Positions 8,039-18,753 of a stretch of 64,000 bases of DNA are shown here, piece by piece (the first letter of the stretch is position 1; each line of letters starts with the position of its first letter). This stretch comes from Novosphingobium sp. (GTDB lineage Bacteria; Pseudomonadota; Alphaproteobacteria; Sphingomonadales; Sphingomonadaceae). The notes below the pieces were generated by a model, which saw nothing but the letters and a program-made list of their open reading frames with translations, did not search any database and had not been told where the DNA came from. A program made the position numbers and the translations under genes. The stretch is taken from NCBI RefSeq assembly GCF_036820275.1, contig NZ_DAISLT010000008.1:67177-131176 (forward strand). The letters run 5' to 3'.

Positions 8039-10063
8039 TCACTCCATTTCGAGGATGATTGCGTCCACCGCGAGGCTTTCGCCCGCCTTGGCATTGACCG
8101 CCTTCACCGCGCCGGACTTCTCGGCGCGCAGGATGTTCTCCATCTTCATCGCCTCGACGACGGCCAGCGGCTGCCCCGCCTCGACCTTGTCCCCCTCGCC
8201 CACATGAAGCGCGACGAGCAGGCCCGGCATTGGGCAGATCAGGTACTTCGAGAGATCCGGCGGGATCTTTTCGATCATGTGCTGGTTCAGCGAGGCGATG
8301 TGGCTGGGCAGGATCAGGACATCGTGGATGCAGCCGCGCGTGGTCATCTTCAGACCCGTGCGCGTGGGCGCCACGCGGATGCCGATGGCCTCGCCGTCGA
8401 TCTCGGCGTCGATCAGGCGGTCACCCGGCGTGTATTCCATCGCCAGCTCCACATAGGTGCCGTTCACCGTGACGTCCTCATCGTCGATCACGACTTCGTA
8501 AGGCACCTTGTCGATGGTGACGGTCCATTCGGACGGCGGCGAGAGGCGATGCGGCGCCAGTTGCCCATCGACGCGGCGCGCACGGTCTGCCCGCGCGGTA
8601 GCGACGAAAGCGGCCACGGCGGCCAGCTTGCCCTTCAGTTCTTCCGACGCAGGCGCGCCGGTGAAACCTTCGGGATATTCCTCGGCTATGAAGCCCGTAG
8701 TCAGCTCTCCCGAGCGGAAGCGCGGGTGCTGCATGATGGCCGAGACGAAATCGATGTTGTGGCCAAGGCCCTCGATCTCGAACAGGTCGAGCGCGGCCAC
8801 CTGCTTGTCGGCGGCCTCGTCGCGGGTCTCGCCCCAGGTGATCAGCTTGGCGATCATCGGGTCGTAGAACATCGAGACTTCGCCGCCTTCGTAAACGCCG
8901 TCGTCGACACGAATGCCATCGACGCCGCGGCGGCCGTTCTCGGCACCGTCGTCATCCCAGCCGTCCACCGGCGGCTGATAGCGCACCAGACGACCGGTCG
9001 AAGGCAGGAAGCCGCGATAGGGGTCTTCGGCATAGACGCGGTTTTCGATGGCCCAGCCGTCGATCTTCACGTCGGCCTGCGTCATCTCCAGCTTCTCTCC
9101 CGCAGCGACGCGGATCATCTGCTCGACCAGATCGACGCCGGTGATCGCTTCGGTAACCGGGTGTTCCACCTGAAGGCGGGTGTTCATTTCGAGGAAGTAG
9201 AAGCTCTCGCCCGTCGGGTCGGCGCCCGAGACGATGAGTTCCACCGTGCCCGCCGAATAGTAGCCCACCGCGCGCGACAGGGCGACGCACTGTTCGCCCA
9301 TGGCCTTGCGCATCTTCTCGGTGACGAAGGGCGACGGCGCTTCCTCGACCACCTTCTGGTGGCGGCGCTGGATCGAGCATTCGCGCTCGTTCAGATAGAG
9401 GATATTGCCGTGCTTGTCGCCGAGGATCTGGATCTCGATGTGGCGCGGATTGAGGATGAACTTCTCGATGAAGACGCGGTCGTCACCGAAGGAGTTAAGG
9501 CCTTCGCGCTTCACGCTCTCGAAGCCCTCGCGCACGTCCTTTTCGTCGTAGGCGAGGCGCATGCCCTTGCCGCCGCCGCCCGCGCTGGCCTTCATCATCA
9601 CCGGATAGCCGATCTCGTTCGAGATGCGCACGGCGTGCTCGGTATCCTCGATCTCGCCGACGAAGCCGGGGACGACGTTGACACCCGCCTGCTTGGCCAG
9701 CTTCTTGGACTCGATCTTGTCCCCCATCGCGGCGATCGCGCCGACAGGGGGACCGATGAACTCGATCCCCTCTGCGGCCAGCGCCTCGGCGAAGGAGGTA
9801 CGCTCGGAGAGGAAGCCGTAGCCCGGATGGACGGCTTCGGCGCCGGTCTGCTTGCAGGCCTGGATGATCTTGTCGGCAATCAGGTACGACTGCGCGGCGG
9901 GCGCGGGGCCGATGTGGACAGCCTCATCGGCCATCTGCACGAACGGCGCGCGGGCATCGGCATCGGAATAGACGGCGACGGTCTGGATGCCCATGCGCCG
10001 CGCGGTCTTGATCACGCGGCAGGCGATCTCGCCCCGGTTTGCGATGAGGATTTTCTTGAACAA
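8039..10063 (-). CDS. pccA: propionyl-CoA carboxylase alpha (biotin carboxylase/BCCP) subunit
   Basis: 674 aa starting (TTG)FKKILIANRGEIACRVI. It has the ATP-grasp motifs and the C-terminal biotinylation motif EAMKMEN. Confidence 0.9.
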   Translation of the reverse strand: MFKKILIANRGEIACRVIKTARRMGIQTVAVYSDADARAPFVQMADEAVHIGPAPAAQSYLIADKIIQACKQTGAEAVHPGYGFLSERTSFAEALAAEGIEFIGPPVGAIAAMGDKIESKKLAKQAGVNVVPGFVGEIEDTEHAVRISNEIGYPVMMKASAGGGGKGMRLAYDEKDVREGFESVKREGLNSFGDDRVFIEKFILNPRHIEIQILGDKHGNILYLNERECSIQRRHQKVVEEAPSPFVTEKMRKAMGEQCVALSRAVGYYSAGTVELIVSGADPTGESFYFLEMNTRLQVEHPVTEAITGVDLVEQMIRVAAGEKLEMTQADVKIDGWAIENRVYAEDPYRGFLPSTGRLVRYQPPVDGWDDDGAENGRRGVDGIRVDDGVYEGGEVSMFYDPMIAKLITWGETRDEAADKQVAALDLFEIEGLGHNIDFVSAIMQHPRFRSGELTTGFIAEEYPEGFTGAPASEELKGKLAAVAAFVATARADRARRVDGQLAPHRLSPPSEWTVTIDKVPYEVVIDDEDVTVNGTYVELAMEYTPGDRLIDAEIDGEAIGIRVAPTRTGLKMTTRGCIHDVLILPSHIASLNQHMIEKIPPDLSKYLICPMPGLLVALHVGEGDKVEAGQPLAVVEAMKMENILRAEKSGAVKAVNAKAGESLAVDAIILEME

Positions 10064-10191
10064 CCCCGTAAACTCCCAAGTCAGTCGCCGTGCATGAAGA
10101 AGCCGACGTCGATCATTAAAACCATCGCAGCGAACAAGACGATGAGCCGCCCCTCATCCTCTCGATACTCGGCGCGCCCCCTCCCCTGCAT

Positions 10192-10220
10192 CGTCACCCT
10201 GAACCCGGTTCAACATGACG
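10192..10220. repeat. degenerate hairpin repeat unit (GTCACCCTGAAC-ccg-GTTCAACATGAC)
   Basis: Same family as 5305-5337 and 53395-53533. It lies in the bioB-pccA spacer. Confidence 0.5.
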
Positions 10221-10252
10221 GTTTGGGTGGAGGGGCGCGCGGTGCCCATTCG

Positions 10253-11323
10253 TTACTCCGCCGCTTCCAGCTTCGCGCAACCCTTGGGCATGCGCTGGGC
10301 TTCCACTTGCGCTTCGGTCAGTTCGATCGCCATCGGCTTGATGCCAAGACGCGCGAACATCGCAGCGTCGCTGTCATCGCCCGCGTTCGGCGCAGTCAGC
10401 AACTGGTCGCCGGTGAAGATCGAGTTGGCGCCGGCCATGAAGCACATCGCCTGCGTCATTTCCGACATCGACTCGCGGCCCGCCGAGAGGCGCACCATCG
10501 ACAGCGGCATGGTGATGCGCGCGACCGCGACAGTGCGCACGAATTCCACGTCGTCGATCTTGGCGAGCGGCGTATCGGCCAGCATGTCGCCCAGCACGGT
10601 GCCCTTCACCGGAACCAGTGCGTTGACCGGAACCGACTGCGGGTGATCCGGCAGGGTCGCCAGCGTATGGACGAAGCCCACGCGGTCGGCGCGTGTCTCG
10701 CCCATGCCAACGATGCCGCCGGAGCAGACGTTGATGCCCGCCATGCGCACGTTCGACAGCGTATCGAGACGATCATCCATCGTGCGCGTGGTGATCACCT
10801 GGTCATAACGTTCGGGCGAGGTGTCGATGTTGTGGTTGTAGTAGTCGAGGCCAGCTTCGGAGAGCATGTCCGCCTGCTGCGGCGTCAGCATGCCCAGCGT
10901 CATGCAGGTTTCCATGCCCATGGCGCGCACGCCCTGCACCATCTCGATGATGGCGGGCATGTCGCGGTCCTTCGGGTTGCGCCAGGCGGCGCCCATGCAG
11001 AAGCGGGTGGAGCCCTGATCGGCCGCCTGCGCCGCACGCTGGAGCACCTGCTGCACTTCCATCAGCTTGGTCGCCTTGACCCCGCTGTTCGCCGAAACCG
11101 ACTGCGAGCAATAGCCGCAGTCTTCCACGCAGCCGCCGGTCTTGATCGAAAGCAGCGTGGAAAGCTGCACTTCGTTGTGCGGATGGCTGGCGCGATGGAC
11201 TTCGGCTGCGCGGAATACCAGTTCGGTGAACGGCAGGTCGAACAGCGCCGCGATTTCCTCGCGGGTCCAGTCAGTGCGAGCCAAGGGTTGGGGGCTGACG
11301 GCGGGGGTCTCAGTCATAGTCAT
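10253..11323 (-). CDS. bioB: biotin synthase (radical SAM)
   Basis: 356 aa with the radical-SAM cluster motif [13 protein letters not shown] and the typical BioB motifs downstream of it. Confidence 0.9.
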   Translation of the reverse strand: MTMTETPAVSPQPLARTDWTREEIAALFDLPFTELVFRAAEVHRASHPHNEVQLSTLLSIKTGGCVEDCGYCSQSVSANSGVKATKLMEVQQVLQRAAQAADQGSTRFCMGAAWRNPKDRDMPAIIEMVQGVRAMGMETCMTLGMLTPQQADMLSEAGLDYYNHNIDTSPERYDQVITTRTMDDRLDTLSNVRMAGINVCSGGIVGMGETRADRVGFVHTLATLPDHPQSVPVNALVPVKGTVLGDMLADTPLAKIDDVEFVRTVAVARITMPLSMVRLSAGRESMSEMTQAMCFMAGANSIFTGDQLLTAPNAGDDSDAAMFARLGIKPMAIELTEAQVEAQRMPKGCAKLEAAE

Positions 11324-11406
11324 TCCTCAGGCGGTGCGCGCGGGATGACGCGCGGCCAAACCCCGGTCATAGGGGCAAGCGCGGCGTCGATCCAGCGTGG
11401 CCATCC

Positions 11407-13566
11407 TTATTCCGCCGCTTCCAGCGAAGAACCGAGCGGCGGCATGTTATGGCCGAGCAGGCGCAGCACGTCGGCGGCGCATTCCACCACGTTGGAGCCG
11501 GGACCGTAGATGCCCTGAACGCCCGCACTCCGCAGGTATTCATAGTCCTGCGGCGGGATGACGCCGCCAGCGATCACCTTGATGTCGCTGCGACCAGCTT
11601 CGCGCAGTTTCTGGATCAGTTCGGGGATCAGCGTCTTGTGACCGGCCGCAAGGCTGGACGCGCCGACGACATCGACCGCACTGTCCAGCGCCAGCACCAC
11701 GGTTTCCTCCGGCGTCTGGAACAGCGGACCCGACACGACGTCGAAGCCCATGTCCCCGAAGGCCGACGCGATCACGTTCGCGCCGCGATCATGGCCATCC
11801 TGCCCCATCTTGGCGACCAGCAGCTTGGGCTTGCGGCCAAGGCGACGCTCCACCGCAGCCACGCCATCCAGCACCTGCTGCCAGCGGCTGTCGCCCTCGT
11901 AAGGCGCGGCATAGACGCCCTTCACCGGGGTCGGCTGGGTGCCATAGCGCTGGAAGCTGTCTTCCATGGCCGAGCTGATCTCGCCCAGCGTGGCCCGGGC
12001 GCGGGCGCACTCGACGGCGAGCGCGAGCAGGTTGTTTTCGATGCTGGCGGGCGCGGCGGCACCATCGCGCAGAGCCTTGAGCGCGGCCTGACACTTGGCC
12101 TCGTCGCGATCCGCCTTCATCTTGTTGATGCGGGCGATCTGGCCTTCGCGGACCTTGGCGTTGTCGACTTCCAGCGTCTCCAGCAGGTCTTCGCTGGCAA
12201 GACGGTACTTGTTGACGCCGACGATCACGTCGTCACCCCGGTCCACGCGGGCCTGACGGGCGGCGGCGGCGGTCTCGATCATTGCCTTGGGCCAGCCGGC
12301 GGCGACGGCCTTGGCCATGCCGCCCTCTGCCTGAACGCGCTCGATGATTTCCCAGGCCTGATCGACCAGCTGTTGCGTCAGCGATTCGATGTAGTAGGAC
12401 CCACCCAGCGGATCGACGACATTGCACATGCCGGTCTCCTCCTGGATGATGATCTGGGTATTACGGGCGATGCGGGCCGAGAAGTCGGTCGGCAGCGCGA
12501 TCGCTTCGTCCAGCGCGTTGGTGTGCAGCGACTGGGTGCCGCCCAGCATCGATGCCATCGCCTCGATCGTGGTGCGGATGACGTTGTTGTAGGGGTCCTG
12601 CTCCTGCAAGCTCACGCCCGAAGTCTGGCAGTGCGTGCGCAGCATCTTCGAGCGCTCGTCCTTGGCGCCAAGCTCCGTCATCACCCGGTGCCACAGCACG
12701 CGCGCGGCGCGCAGCTTGGCCACTTCCATGAAGAAGTTCATGCCGATGGCGAAGAAGAACGAGAGGCGGCCCGCGAACTTGTCGATATCGAGGCCCGAGG
12801 CCACGCCGTACTTCACGTATTCCGCGCCGTCGGCGATGGTGAAGGCCAGTTCCTGCACCTGCGTCGCCCCGGCTTCCTGCATGTGATAGCCGGAAATCGA
12901 GATCGAGTTGAACTTCGGCATCTCGCGGCTGGTGTAGCCGAAGATGTCCGAGATGATCCGCATCGAAGGCTCGGGCGGGTAGATGTAGGTGTTGCGGACC
13001 ATGAACTCCTTGAGGATGTCGTTCTGGATGGTCCCGTCGAGCAGCTTGCGGTCGACGCCCTGCTCCTCGCCCGCCACGATGAAGAAGGCGAGGATCGGGA
13101 TCACCGCGCCGTTCATGGTCATGGAGACCGACATCTTGTCGAGCGGAATGCCGTCGAACAGGATCTTCATGTCCTCGACGGAATCGATGGCGACGCCCGC
13201 CTTGCCCACGTCACCCACCACGCGCGGATGGTCGCTGTCGTAGCCGCGATGGGTGGCAAGGTCGAAGGCGACCGAAAGGCCCTTCTGCCCCGCCGCGAGG
13301 TTGCGGCGATAGAAGGCGTTCGATTCCTCAGCAGTCGAGAAGCCCGCGTACTGGCGAATGGTCCACGGACGGCCGGCATACATCGAGGCGCGCACGCCGC
13401 GCGTGAACGGCGCGAAGCCGGGAAGGCCGGGATCGACGGTCACGTCCTCTGCGGTGTAAAGCGGCTTTACCGCAATACCCTCGGGCGTGTCCCAGGTCAG
13501 GTCCTTGCCCTTGACCTCCTTGTCGGCGGCCGCCTTCCAGTCGTTGATGTCTGCCATGTTCCGCAT
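11407..13566 (-). CDS. scpA: methylmalonyl-CoA mutase (single-chain, B12-dependent)
   Basis: 719 aa with [47 protein letters not shown] and the C-terminal B12-binding motif GQDGHDRG. Confidence 0.95.
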   Translation of the reverse strand: MRNMADINDWKAAADKEVKGKDLTWDTPEGIAVKPLYTAEDVTVDPGLPGFAPFTRGVRASMYAGRPWTIRQYAGFSTAEESNAFYRRNLAAGQKGLSVAFDLATHRGYDSDHPRVVGDVGKAGVAIDSVEDMKILFDGIPLDKMSVSMTMNGAVIPILAFFIVAGEEQGVDRKLLDGTIQNDILKEFMVRNTYIYPPEPSMRIISDIFGYTSREMPKFNSISISGYHMQEAGATQVQELAFTIADGAEYVKYGVASGLDIDKFAGRLSFFFAIGMNFFMEVAKLRAARVLWHRVMTELGAKDERSKMLRTHCQTSGVSLQEQDPYNNVIRTTIEAMASMLGGTQSLHTNALDEAIALPTDFSARIARNTQIIIQEETGMCNVVDPLGGSYYIESLTQQLVDQAWEIIERVQAEGGMAKAVAAGWPKAMIETAAAARQARVDRGDDVIVGVNKYRLASEDLLETLEVDNAKVREGQIARINKMKADRDEAKCQAALKALRDGAAAPASIENNLLALAVECARARATLGEISSAMEDSFQRYGTQPTPVKGVYAAPYEGDSRWQQVLDGVAAVERRLGRKPKLLVAKMGQDGHDRGANVIASAFGDMGFDVVSGPLFQTPEETVVLALDSAVDVVGASSLAAGHKTLIPELIQKLREAGRSDIKVIAGGVIPPQDYEYLRSAGVQGIYGPGSNVVECAADVLRLLGHNMPPLGSSLEAAE

Positions 13567-13607
13567 CCCTTCCGGCCGCTCCCATTATGGCGGGCCGCAA
13601 TCTATTC

Positions 13608-14045
13608 TCAGTGAGCGCCCTTGGGCGTTTCCATGATCTCGGTGAGCTGACCGCCCATGTCCTTGGGGTGGACGAAGAAGATCAGCGTCCCATGCGCACC
13701 CACGCGCGGCTCACCCAGCACGCGCTTGCCGAGGCCTTCGAACCAGGCCTTGGCCGCGTGAATGTCCGGCACTTCGTAACAGATATGGTGCTGGCCCCCG
13801 AGCGGGTTCTTCTCCAGCCACTTGCCCACGGCCGAGTCTGCCGCAGTCGGCTGGAGCAGCTCGATCTGCGTGCCTGCCGTACCATCTTCACCCGGCGTGT
13901 TGACGAAGCAGACGCGCACTTGCTGGCTTTCCAGCACGAACGGCTCGGTAATGTCGGTGGCACCCATCACGTCGCGGTAGTGTGCAATCGAGGCGTCGAG
14001 ATCGGGCGTGGCAACGCCGATGTGGTTGAGGCGGCCCAGCTTCAC
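13608..14045 (-). CDS. mce: methylmalonyl-CoA epimerase (VOC/glyoxalase fold)
   Basis: (GTG)KLGRLNHIGVATPDLDASIAHYRDVMG ... HHICYEV. The GTG start at 14045 overlaps the thiolase stop as GTGA. Confidence 0.85.
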   Translation of the reverse strand: MKLGRLNHIGVATPDLDASIAHYRDVMGATDITEPFVLESQQVRVCFVNTPGEDGTAGTQIELLQPTAADSAVGKWLEKNPLGGQHHICYEVPDIHAAKAWFEGLGKRVLGEPRVGAHGTLIFFVHPKDMGGQLTEIMETPKGAH

Positions 14046-15223
14046 GCCACGTTCTCCAGTACCAGAGCGATGCCCTGCCCGCCGCCGATGCACATGGTGA
14101 CGAGGCCGTACTTCCCGCCGGTGCGCTTCAGCTCGTACATGCACTTGATCGCGAGCATCGTGCCGGTGGCGCCCACCGGATGGCCGATAGAGACGCCTGA
14201 ACCGTTCGGGTTTACCTTCTCCGGATCGAAGCCGAGCACCTTGGAAACGGCAGCGGCCTGCGCGGCGAACGCCTCGTTGCTCTCGATCACGTCGATCTGG
14301 TCGAGCGAAAGGCCCGCGCGCTTCAGGGCCACCGGAACCGCCTTGATCGGGCCTTCGCCCATATAGGCAGGCTCGACACCGGCATGGCCCCAGGCGACGA
14401 TCTTCGCCATCGGCTTGAGGCCGCGCTTCTCGACCTCCGAAGCGGTGGCCAGCACCACGGCGGCAGCACCGTCGTTGATGCCCGATGCATTGCCTGCCGT
14501 GACCGCGCCGTCCTTCTTGAAGGCAGGCTTCATGCTCGCCAGCGTCTCCGCGGTGGTGTCGGCCCGGACATGCTCGTCGGTATCGAAGACGGTTACGCCC
14601 TTGCGGGTCTTCACTTCGATGGGAAGGATCTGGTCCTTGAAGCGGCCTTCCGCGATGGCCTTGGCAGCACGCTGGTGGCTGGTCGCGGAAAGCGCGTCCA
14701 TATCCTCACGGGTCACGCAGTGGCGCTCGGCCACGTTCTCGGCGGTGATGCCCATGTGGTAGCCGCCGATGGCGTCCGACAGGCCGACGGTCAGCGCGTC
14801 TTCCTGCGTATTCGCGCCCATCTTCTTGCCCCAGCGCACGCCGTGGTCGTGATAGGGCACATTCGACATCGATTCCGCGCCGCCGGCGACAGTGATCCCC
14901 GCCTCGCCCAGCTTCATCATCTGCGCGGCCGAGACGATCGCCTGCACGCCCGATCCGCAGAGGCGGTTGAGCGTCATCGAAGGCACTTCGAAGGGCACCC
15001 CGGCACTGATGCCGATCACGCGGCTAAGCATCTCGTCCTTGCCGCTGGTGGGCATGACCTGGCCGATGACGATATGGCCGACGTCTTCGGGAGCAACGCC
15101 CGCGCGGGCCAGTGCCTCGGTCACGACCTTGCCGCCAAGGTCGGACGGCATGAACGACTTCAGCGAACCGCCGAAGTCACCGACTGCCGTGCGCACGCCG
15201 CTGACGATGTAGATGTCTTCCAT
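14042..15223 (-). CDS. acetyl-CoA C-acyltransferase (thiolase)
   Basis: MEDIYIVSGVRTAVGDFGG, the active-site region LNRLCGSGVQAI and the C-terminal CIGGGQG. Confidence 0.9.
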   Translation of the reverse strand: MEDIYIVSGVRTAVGDFGGSLKSFMPSDLGGKVVTEALARAGVAPEDVGHIVIGQVMPTSGKDEMLSRVIGISAGVPFEVPSMTLNRLCGSGVQAIVSAAQMMKLGEAGITVAGGAESMSNVPYHDHGVRWGKKMGANTQEDALTVGLSDAIGGYHMGITAENVAERHCVTREDMDALSATSHQRAAKAIAEGRFKDQILPIEVKTRKGVTVFDTDEHVRADTTAETLASMKPAFKKDGAVTAGNASGINDGAAAVVLATASEVEKRGLKPMAKIVAWGHAGVEPAYMGEGPIKAVPVALKRAGLSLDQIDVIESNEAFAAQAAAVSKVLGFDPEKVNPNGSGVSIGHPVGATGTMLAIKCMYELKRTGGKYGLVTMCIGGGQGIALVLENVA

Positions 15224-15325
15224 TGCCTGTTCCCAATCTGGTTGTTCGATGCGTGCCGTCTTTCGCGGCATGGAGGGGATCGCGGAACTCTCAAAAAGGA
15301 GGTGTTCCGCAATCCCGGGACGCCA

Positions 15326-16852
15326 TCACAGCGGAATGTTGTCGTGCTTCTTCCAGGGGTTTTCGAGGCTCTTGGTCCGCAGCTTGCGAAGCCCCAGCGC
15401 AATGCGCTTGCGGGTCGAGTGCGGGTAGATCACCTCGTCGATGTAGCCCCGGCTCGCCGCCACAAAGGGATTGGCGAAGCGGTCTTCGTATTCCTTGGTC
15501 TTTTCGGCGATGCCCTCGGGCGAAAGGCCGCGGAAGATGATCTCCACTGCGCCCTTGGCACCCATCACCGCGATCTCGGCGGTGGGCCAGGCGTAGTTGA
15601 GGTCGCCGCGCAGGTGCTTGGACGCCATGACGTCGTAAGCGCCGCCATAGGCCTTGCGGGTGATCACGGTGATCTTCGGCACAGTCGCCTCGGCATAAGC
15701 GAACAGGAGCTTGGCCCCGTGCTTGATGATGCCGTTGTGCTCCTGATCGGTGCCCGGCAGGAAACCCGGAACGTCCACGAAAGTGATGATCGGGATGTTG
15801 AAGGCATCGCAGAAGCGCACGAAACGCGCGGCCTTCTTGGACGAGTTGATGTCCAGCACGCCCGCCAGCACCATCGGCTGGTTGGCGACGACGCCCACGG
15901 TCTTGCCCTCGATCCGGCCGAAGCCGACGATGATGTTCCCGGCATGCAGCGGCTGAACCTCGAAGAAGTCGCCCTCGTCGAGCGTCTTCTTGATCACCTC
16001 ATGCATGTCGTAAGGCTGGTTGGCCGACGGCGGGATCACGGTGTCGAGGCTTTCCTCGGCACGGTCCCAGGGATCGGCGCAAGGACGCTCGGGCACTTCC
16101 TCACGGTTGTTGAGCGGCAGGAAGTCGAAGAAATCGCGCGCCGCCAGCAGCGCCTCGATATCGTTTTCCAGCGCCAGGTCGGACACCGAAGTCTTGCTGG
16201 AATGGGTGATCGCGCCGCCCAGTTCTTCCTGCGTGACAACCTCGTTGGTGACGGTCTTCACCACGTCCGGCCCGGTGACGAACATGTAGGAGCTGTCCTT
16301 CACCATGAAGATGAAGTCCGTCATGGCGGGAGAGTAGACCGCGCCGCCCGCACAGGGCCCCATGATCAGCGAAAGCTGCGGCACCACGCCCGAGGCGAGC
16401 ACGTTGCGCTGGAACACTTCGGCATAGCCGCCAAGCGAAGCCACGCCTTCCTGAATGCGAGCGCCGCCAGAGTCGTTGAGGCCGATCACCGGCGCGCCGA
16501 CCTTCATCGCGTTGTCCATCAGCTTGCAGATCTTCTGCGCGTGACGGTGCGACAGCGAGCCGCCGAACACGGTGAAGTCCTGGCTGAACACGAAGACGAG
16601 GCGCCCGTTGATGGTGCCGGATCCCGTGACGACGCCGTCGCCGGGGATGCGCTGGCTCTCCATGCCGAAGTCGGTGCAGTCATGTTCGACGTAGAGGTCG
16701 AATTCCTCGAAGCTGCCTTCGTCCAGCAGGATGTCGAGGCGCTCCCGCGCGGTCAGCTTGCCCTTGGCATGCTGCGCGGCGATGCGCTTCTCACCGCCAC
16801 CCAGCTTTGCTGCGGCGCGGCGCTTCTCCATTTCGGCGATATTGGCGGACAT
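15326..16852 (-). CDS. pccB: propionyl-CoA carboxylase beta (carboxyltransferase) subunit
   Basis: [39 protein letters not shown] and GGARIQEG. The start is trimmed to the ATG at 16852, preceded by AAGGGA. Confidence 0.95.
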   Translation of the reverse strand: MSANIAEMEKRRAAAKLGGGEKRIAAQHAKGKLTARERLDILLDEGSFEEFDLYVEHDCTDFGMESQRIPGDGVVTGSGTINGRLVFVFSQDFTVFGGSLSHRHAQKICKLMDNAMKVGAPVIGLNDSGGARIQEGVASLGGYAEVFQRNVLASGVVPQLSLIMGPCAGGAVYSPAMTDFIFMVKDSSYMFVTGPDVVKTVTNEVVTQEELGGAITHSSKTSVSDLALENDIEALLAARDFFDFLPLNNREEVPERPCADPWDRAEESLDTVIPPSANQPYDMHEVIKKTLDEGDFFEVQPLHAGNIIVGFGRIEGKTVGVVANQPMVLAGVLDINSSKKAARFVRFCDAFNIPIITFVDVPGFLPGTDQEHNGIIKHGAKLLFAYAEATVPKITVITRKAYGGAYDVMASKHLRGDLNYAWPTAEIAVMGAKGAVEIIFRGLSPEGIAEKTKEYEDRFANPFVAASRGYIDEVIYPHSTRKRIALGLRKLRTKSLENPWKKHDNIPL

Positions 16853-17037
16853 CCGGGTTCCCTTGGAAAGTGACCTTGACGGCACGAATTATTGCCTCTG
16901 CTAGGCAGTTCCAGGGGGCAAGGTCAATAGATTTAATTGATCGGTTAAATGACAAAAGTGGCAGGTTCGTACCGATTTCGCCCCGCCGATGTGTTTGAGC
17001 AGCGTTAGATCGCCTCCGCGCAATCATCGGCTCACGC

Positions 17038-17074
17038 AAAAAGGCGCCGCGACCGAATGAACGGTCACGGCGCC
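17038..17074 (-). terminator. intrinsic terminator downstream of gor
   Basis: On the minus strand, ggcgccgtgaccg-ttcatt-cggtcgcggcgcc is followed by TTTTT, 25 nt after the gor stop. Confidence 0.75.
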
Positions 17075-17098
17075 GGACGATTGCCAAGGCGCGCAGCC

Positions 17099-18445
17099 TT
17101 ATTTCATGAGCACGAGCTCTTCCGACATCGTCGGGTGCACCGCAACGGTGGCGTCGAAATCGGCCTTGGTCAGACCCGCCTTCACCGCAATGGCAGCGGC
17201 CTGGATGATCTCCGGGGCTTCCGGGCCGATCATGTGCAGGCCCAGCAAACGGCCGGTATGGGCTTCGCAGACCATCTTGTAGAGCGAGCGCTCATTGCGA
17301 TGGGCGACGACGTTCTTCATCGGCCGGAAGTCGCTCGTGTAGATCTGCACCTCGCCATACTGCTGGCGCGCCTGCGCTTCGGTCAGGCCCACCGCACCGA
17401 TCGGCGGATGGCTGAACACGGCCGAGGGGATGCAGGAGTAGTCCACCGTCGTCGGCTTGTCGCCGAACACGGTATCCGCAAACGCATGGCCCTCGCGGAT
17501 CGCCACCGGGGTCAGTTGCACGCGATTCGTCACGTCGCCCACGGCGTAGATGTGATCGATATTGGTCTTCGAATAGTCGTCGACCAGAATCGCGTTCTTG
17601 TCGTCCAGTTCGACGCCGACGTTCTCCAGCCCCAGCCCTTCGACATTGGGCACGCGGCCGGTAGCGAACATCACGCAGTCGACTTCGAGCGGCTCATGAT
17701 TGGTCATAGAGACCGTCAGCGAACCGTCGGCATTCTTCTCGATGCCCCGGAAGTCGGCATTGAAGCGGAAGTCGATGCCCTTGGCGATCGAGATCTGGAG
17801 CAGGCGGTCGCGCAGCTGCTCGTCATAACCGCGCAGCAGCTGGTCCGAACGGTTGATCAACGTCACCTTGGCGCCGAATTCGTTGAAGATGCCCGCGAAC
17901 TCGTTGGCGATGTAGCCGGCGCCGGCGATCAGGATGCGCTTGGGGATCGCGTCAAGGTGGAACGCCTCGTTCGAGGTGATGCCCAGTTCGTGGCCCGGGC
18001 AGGACGGGATCAGCGGGCGGGCGCCGGTGGCGATCAGGATCACCTTCGCCGTTTTCTTCTCCCCGCCAGACAGGGTGATCTCGTGCGGGCCGGTGATGGT
18101 GGCGCGCTCGTGGAAGATCTCGACCTTGTTGTTCGAGAGCGTCTGTGTGTAGAGGCCGTTCAGCCGATCGACGTCGCCCAGCACGTTGTCGCGCAGCTTG
18201 ACCCAGTCGAACTTCGCCTCGGGAATGTCCCAGCCGAACTGCTTCGCGTCCTCCAGGTCCTCTGCGAAATGCGCGCCGTAGACGAGCATCTTCTTGGGCA
18301 CGCAGCCGCGGATCACGCACGTGCCGCCGACCCGGTACTCCTCGGCCACCGCCACGCGCGCGCCGTGCGCCGCCGCGATCCGGCTGGCGCGCACGCCGCC
18401 CGATCCTGCGCCGATGGTGAAGAGGTCGTAGTCGAATTCTGACAT
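17099..18445 (-). CDS. gor: glutathione-disulfide reductase
   Basis: MSEFDYDLFTIGAGSGGVRA and the redox-active disulfide GGTCVIRGCVPKK. The start is trimmed to the ATG at 18445. Confidence 0.9.
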   Translation of the reverse strand: MSEFDYDLFTIGAGSGGVRASRIAAAHGARVAVAEEYRVGGTCVIRGCVPKKMLVYGAHFAEDLEDAKQFGWDIPEAKFDWVKLRDNVLGDVDRLNGLYTQTLSNNKVEIFHERATITGPHEITLSGGEKKTAKVILIATGARPLIPSCPGHELGITSNEAFHLDAIPKRILIAGAGYIANEFAGIFNEFGAKVTLINRSDQLLRGYDEQLRDRLLQISIAKGIDFRFNADFRGIEKNADGSLTVSMTNHEPLEVDCVMFATGRVPNVEGLGLENVGVELDDKNAILVDDYSKTNIDHIYAVGDVTNRVQLTPVAIREGHAFADTVFGDKPTTVDYSCIPSAVFSHPPIGAVGLTEAQARQQYGEVQIYTSDFRPMKNVVAHRNERSLYKMVCEAHTGRLLGLHMIGPEAPEIIQAAAIAVKAGLTKADFDATVAVHPTMSEELVLMK

Positions 18446-18753
18446 GCACTTGCTCCTGCTGCGCCGGCCTGCATCCCGGGCACCGCGCATATGGGGCAGG
18501 TCGACGCCGATTGCCAACGGCTGTTTTGCCTTACTCCTATCCGCTTTTCCTGAAGCCCGGGCGCGCGGAAAGTTCTCCTTTACCGGTTCCAAGAAACGGA
18601 CCGCCCGAACGGACGCCCCGCTGGCCGCAAAATAATTGTCAACCAAAACAGTTGAGTTTATAGGAGTCGCATCATCTGCCGCTCCCTACAGGACAGCCTG
18701 CGCCCGGCAGCCCCCAAAACTCCCCGGAAACCCTTCAGTCGGGAGAAGAGAGA

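Noticed and set aside
8204-11509. 1101-aa plus-strand ORF spanning the pccA, bioB and mutase regions
   Set aside because: It lies antisense to three genes with unmistakable motifs (biotin carboxylase, the radical-SAM CxxxCxxC of BioB, and the methylmalonyl-CoA mutase). Its translation is Arg/Ala/Gly/His/Asp-rich low-information sequence with no motif. This is a typical shadow ORF of a high-GC genome, where stop codons are rare in the complementary frame.
14384-16873. 829-aa plus-strand ORF antisense to the thiolase and pccB genes. The same pattern applies to 11449-13614, 17057-18442, 19792-21120, 29231-30562, 37401-38234, 38637-39707, 40613-41833, 45652-46932, 49764-51143 and 53539-55257.
   Set aside because: Each lies exactly opposite a confidently recognised gene, lacks any recognisable domain and shows the biased composition of antisense frames. 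I treat them as non-coding shadow ORFs.
16931-16950. CtrA box (TTAA-N7-TTAA) upstream of pccB
   Set aside because: The TTAA half-sites here are separated by 8 nt, not the strict 7 nt. It is reported only as a generic palindrome.
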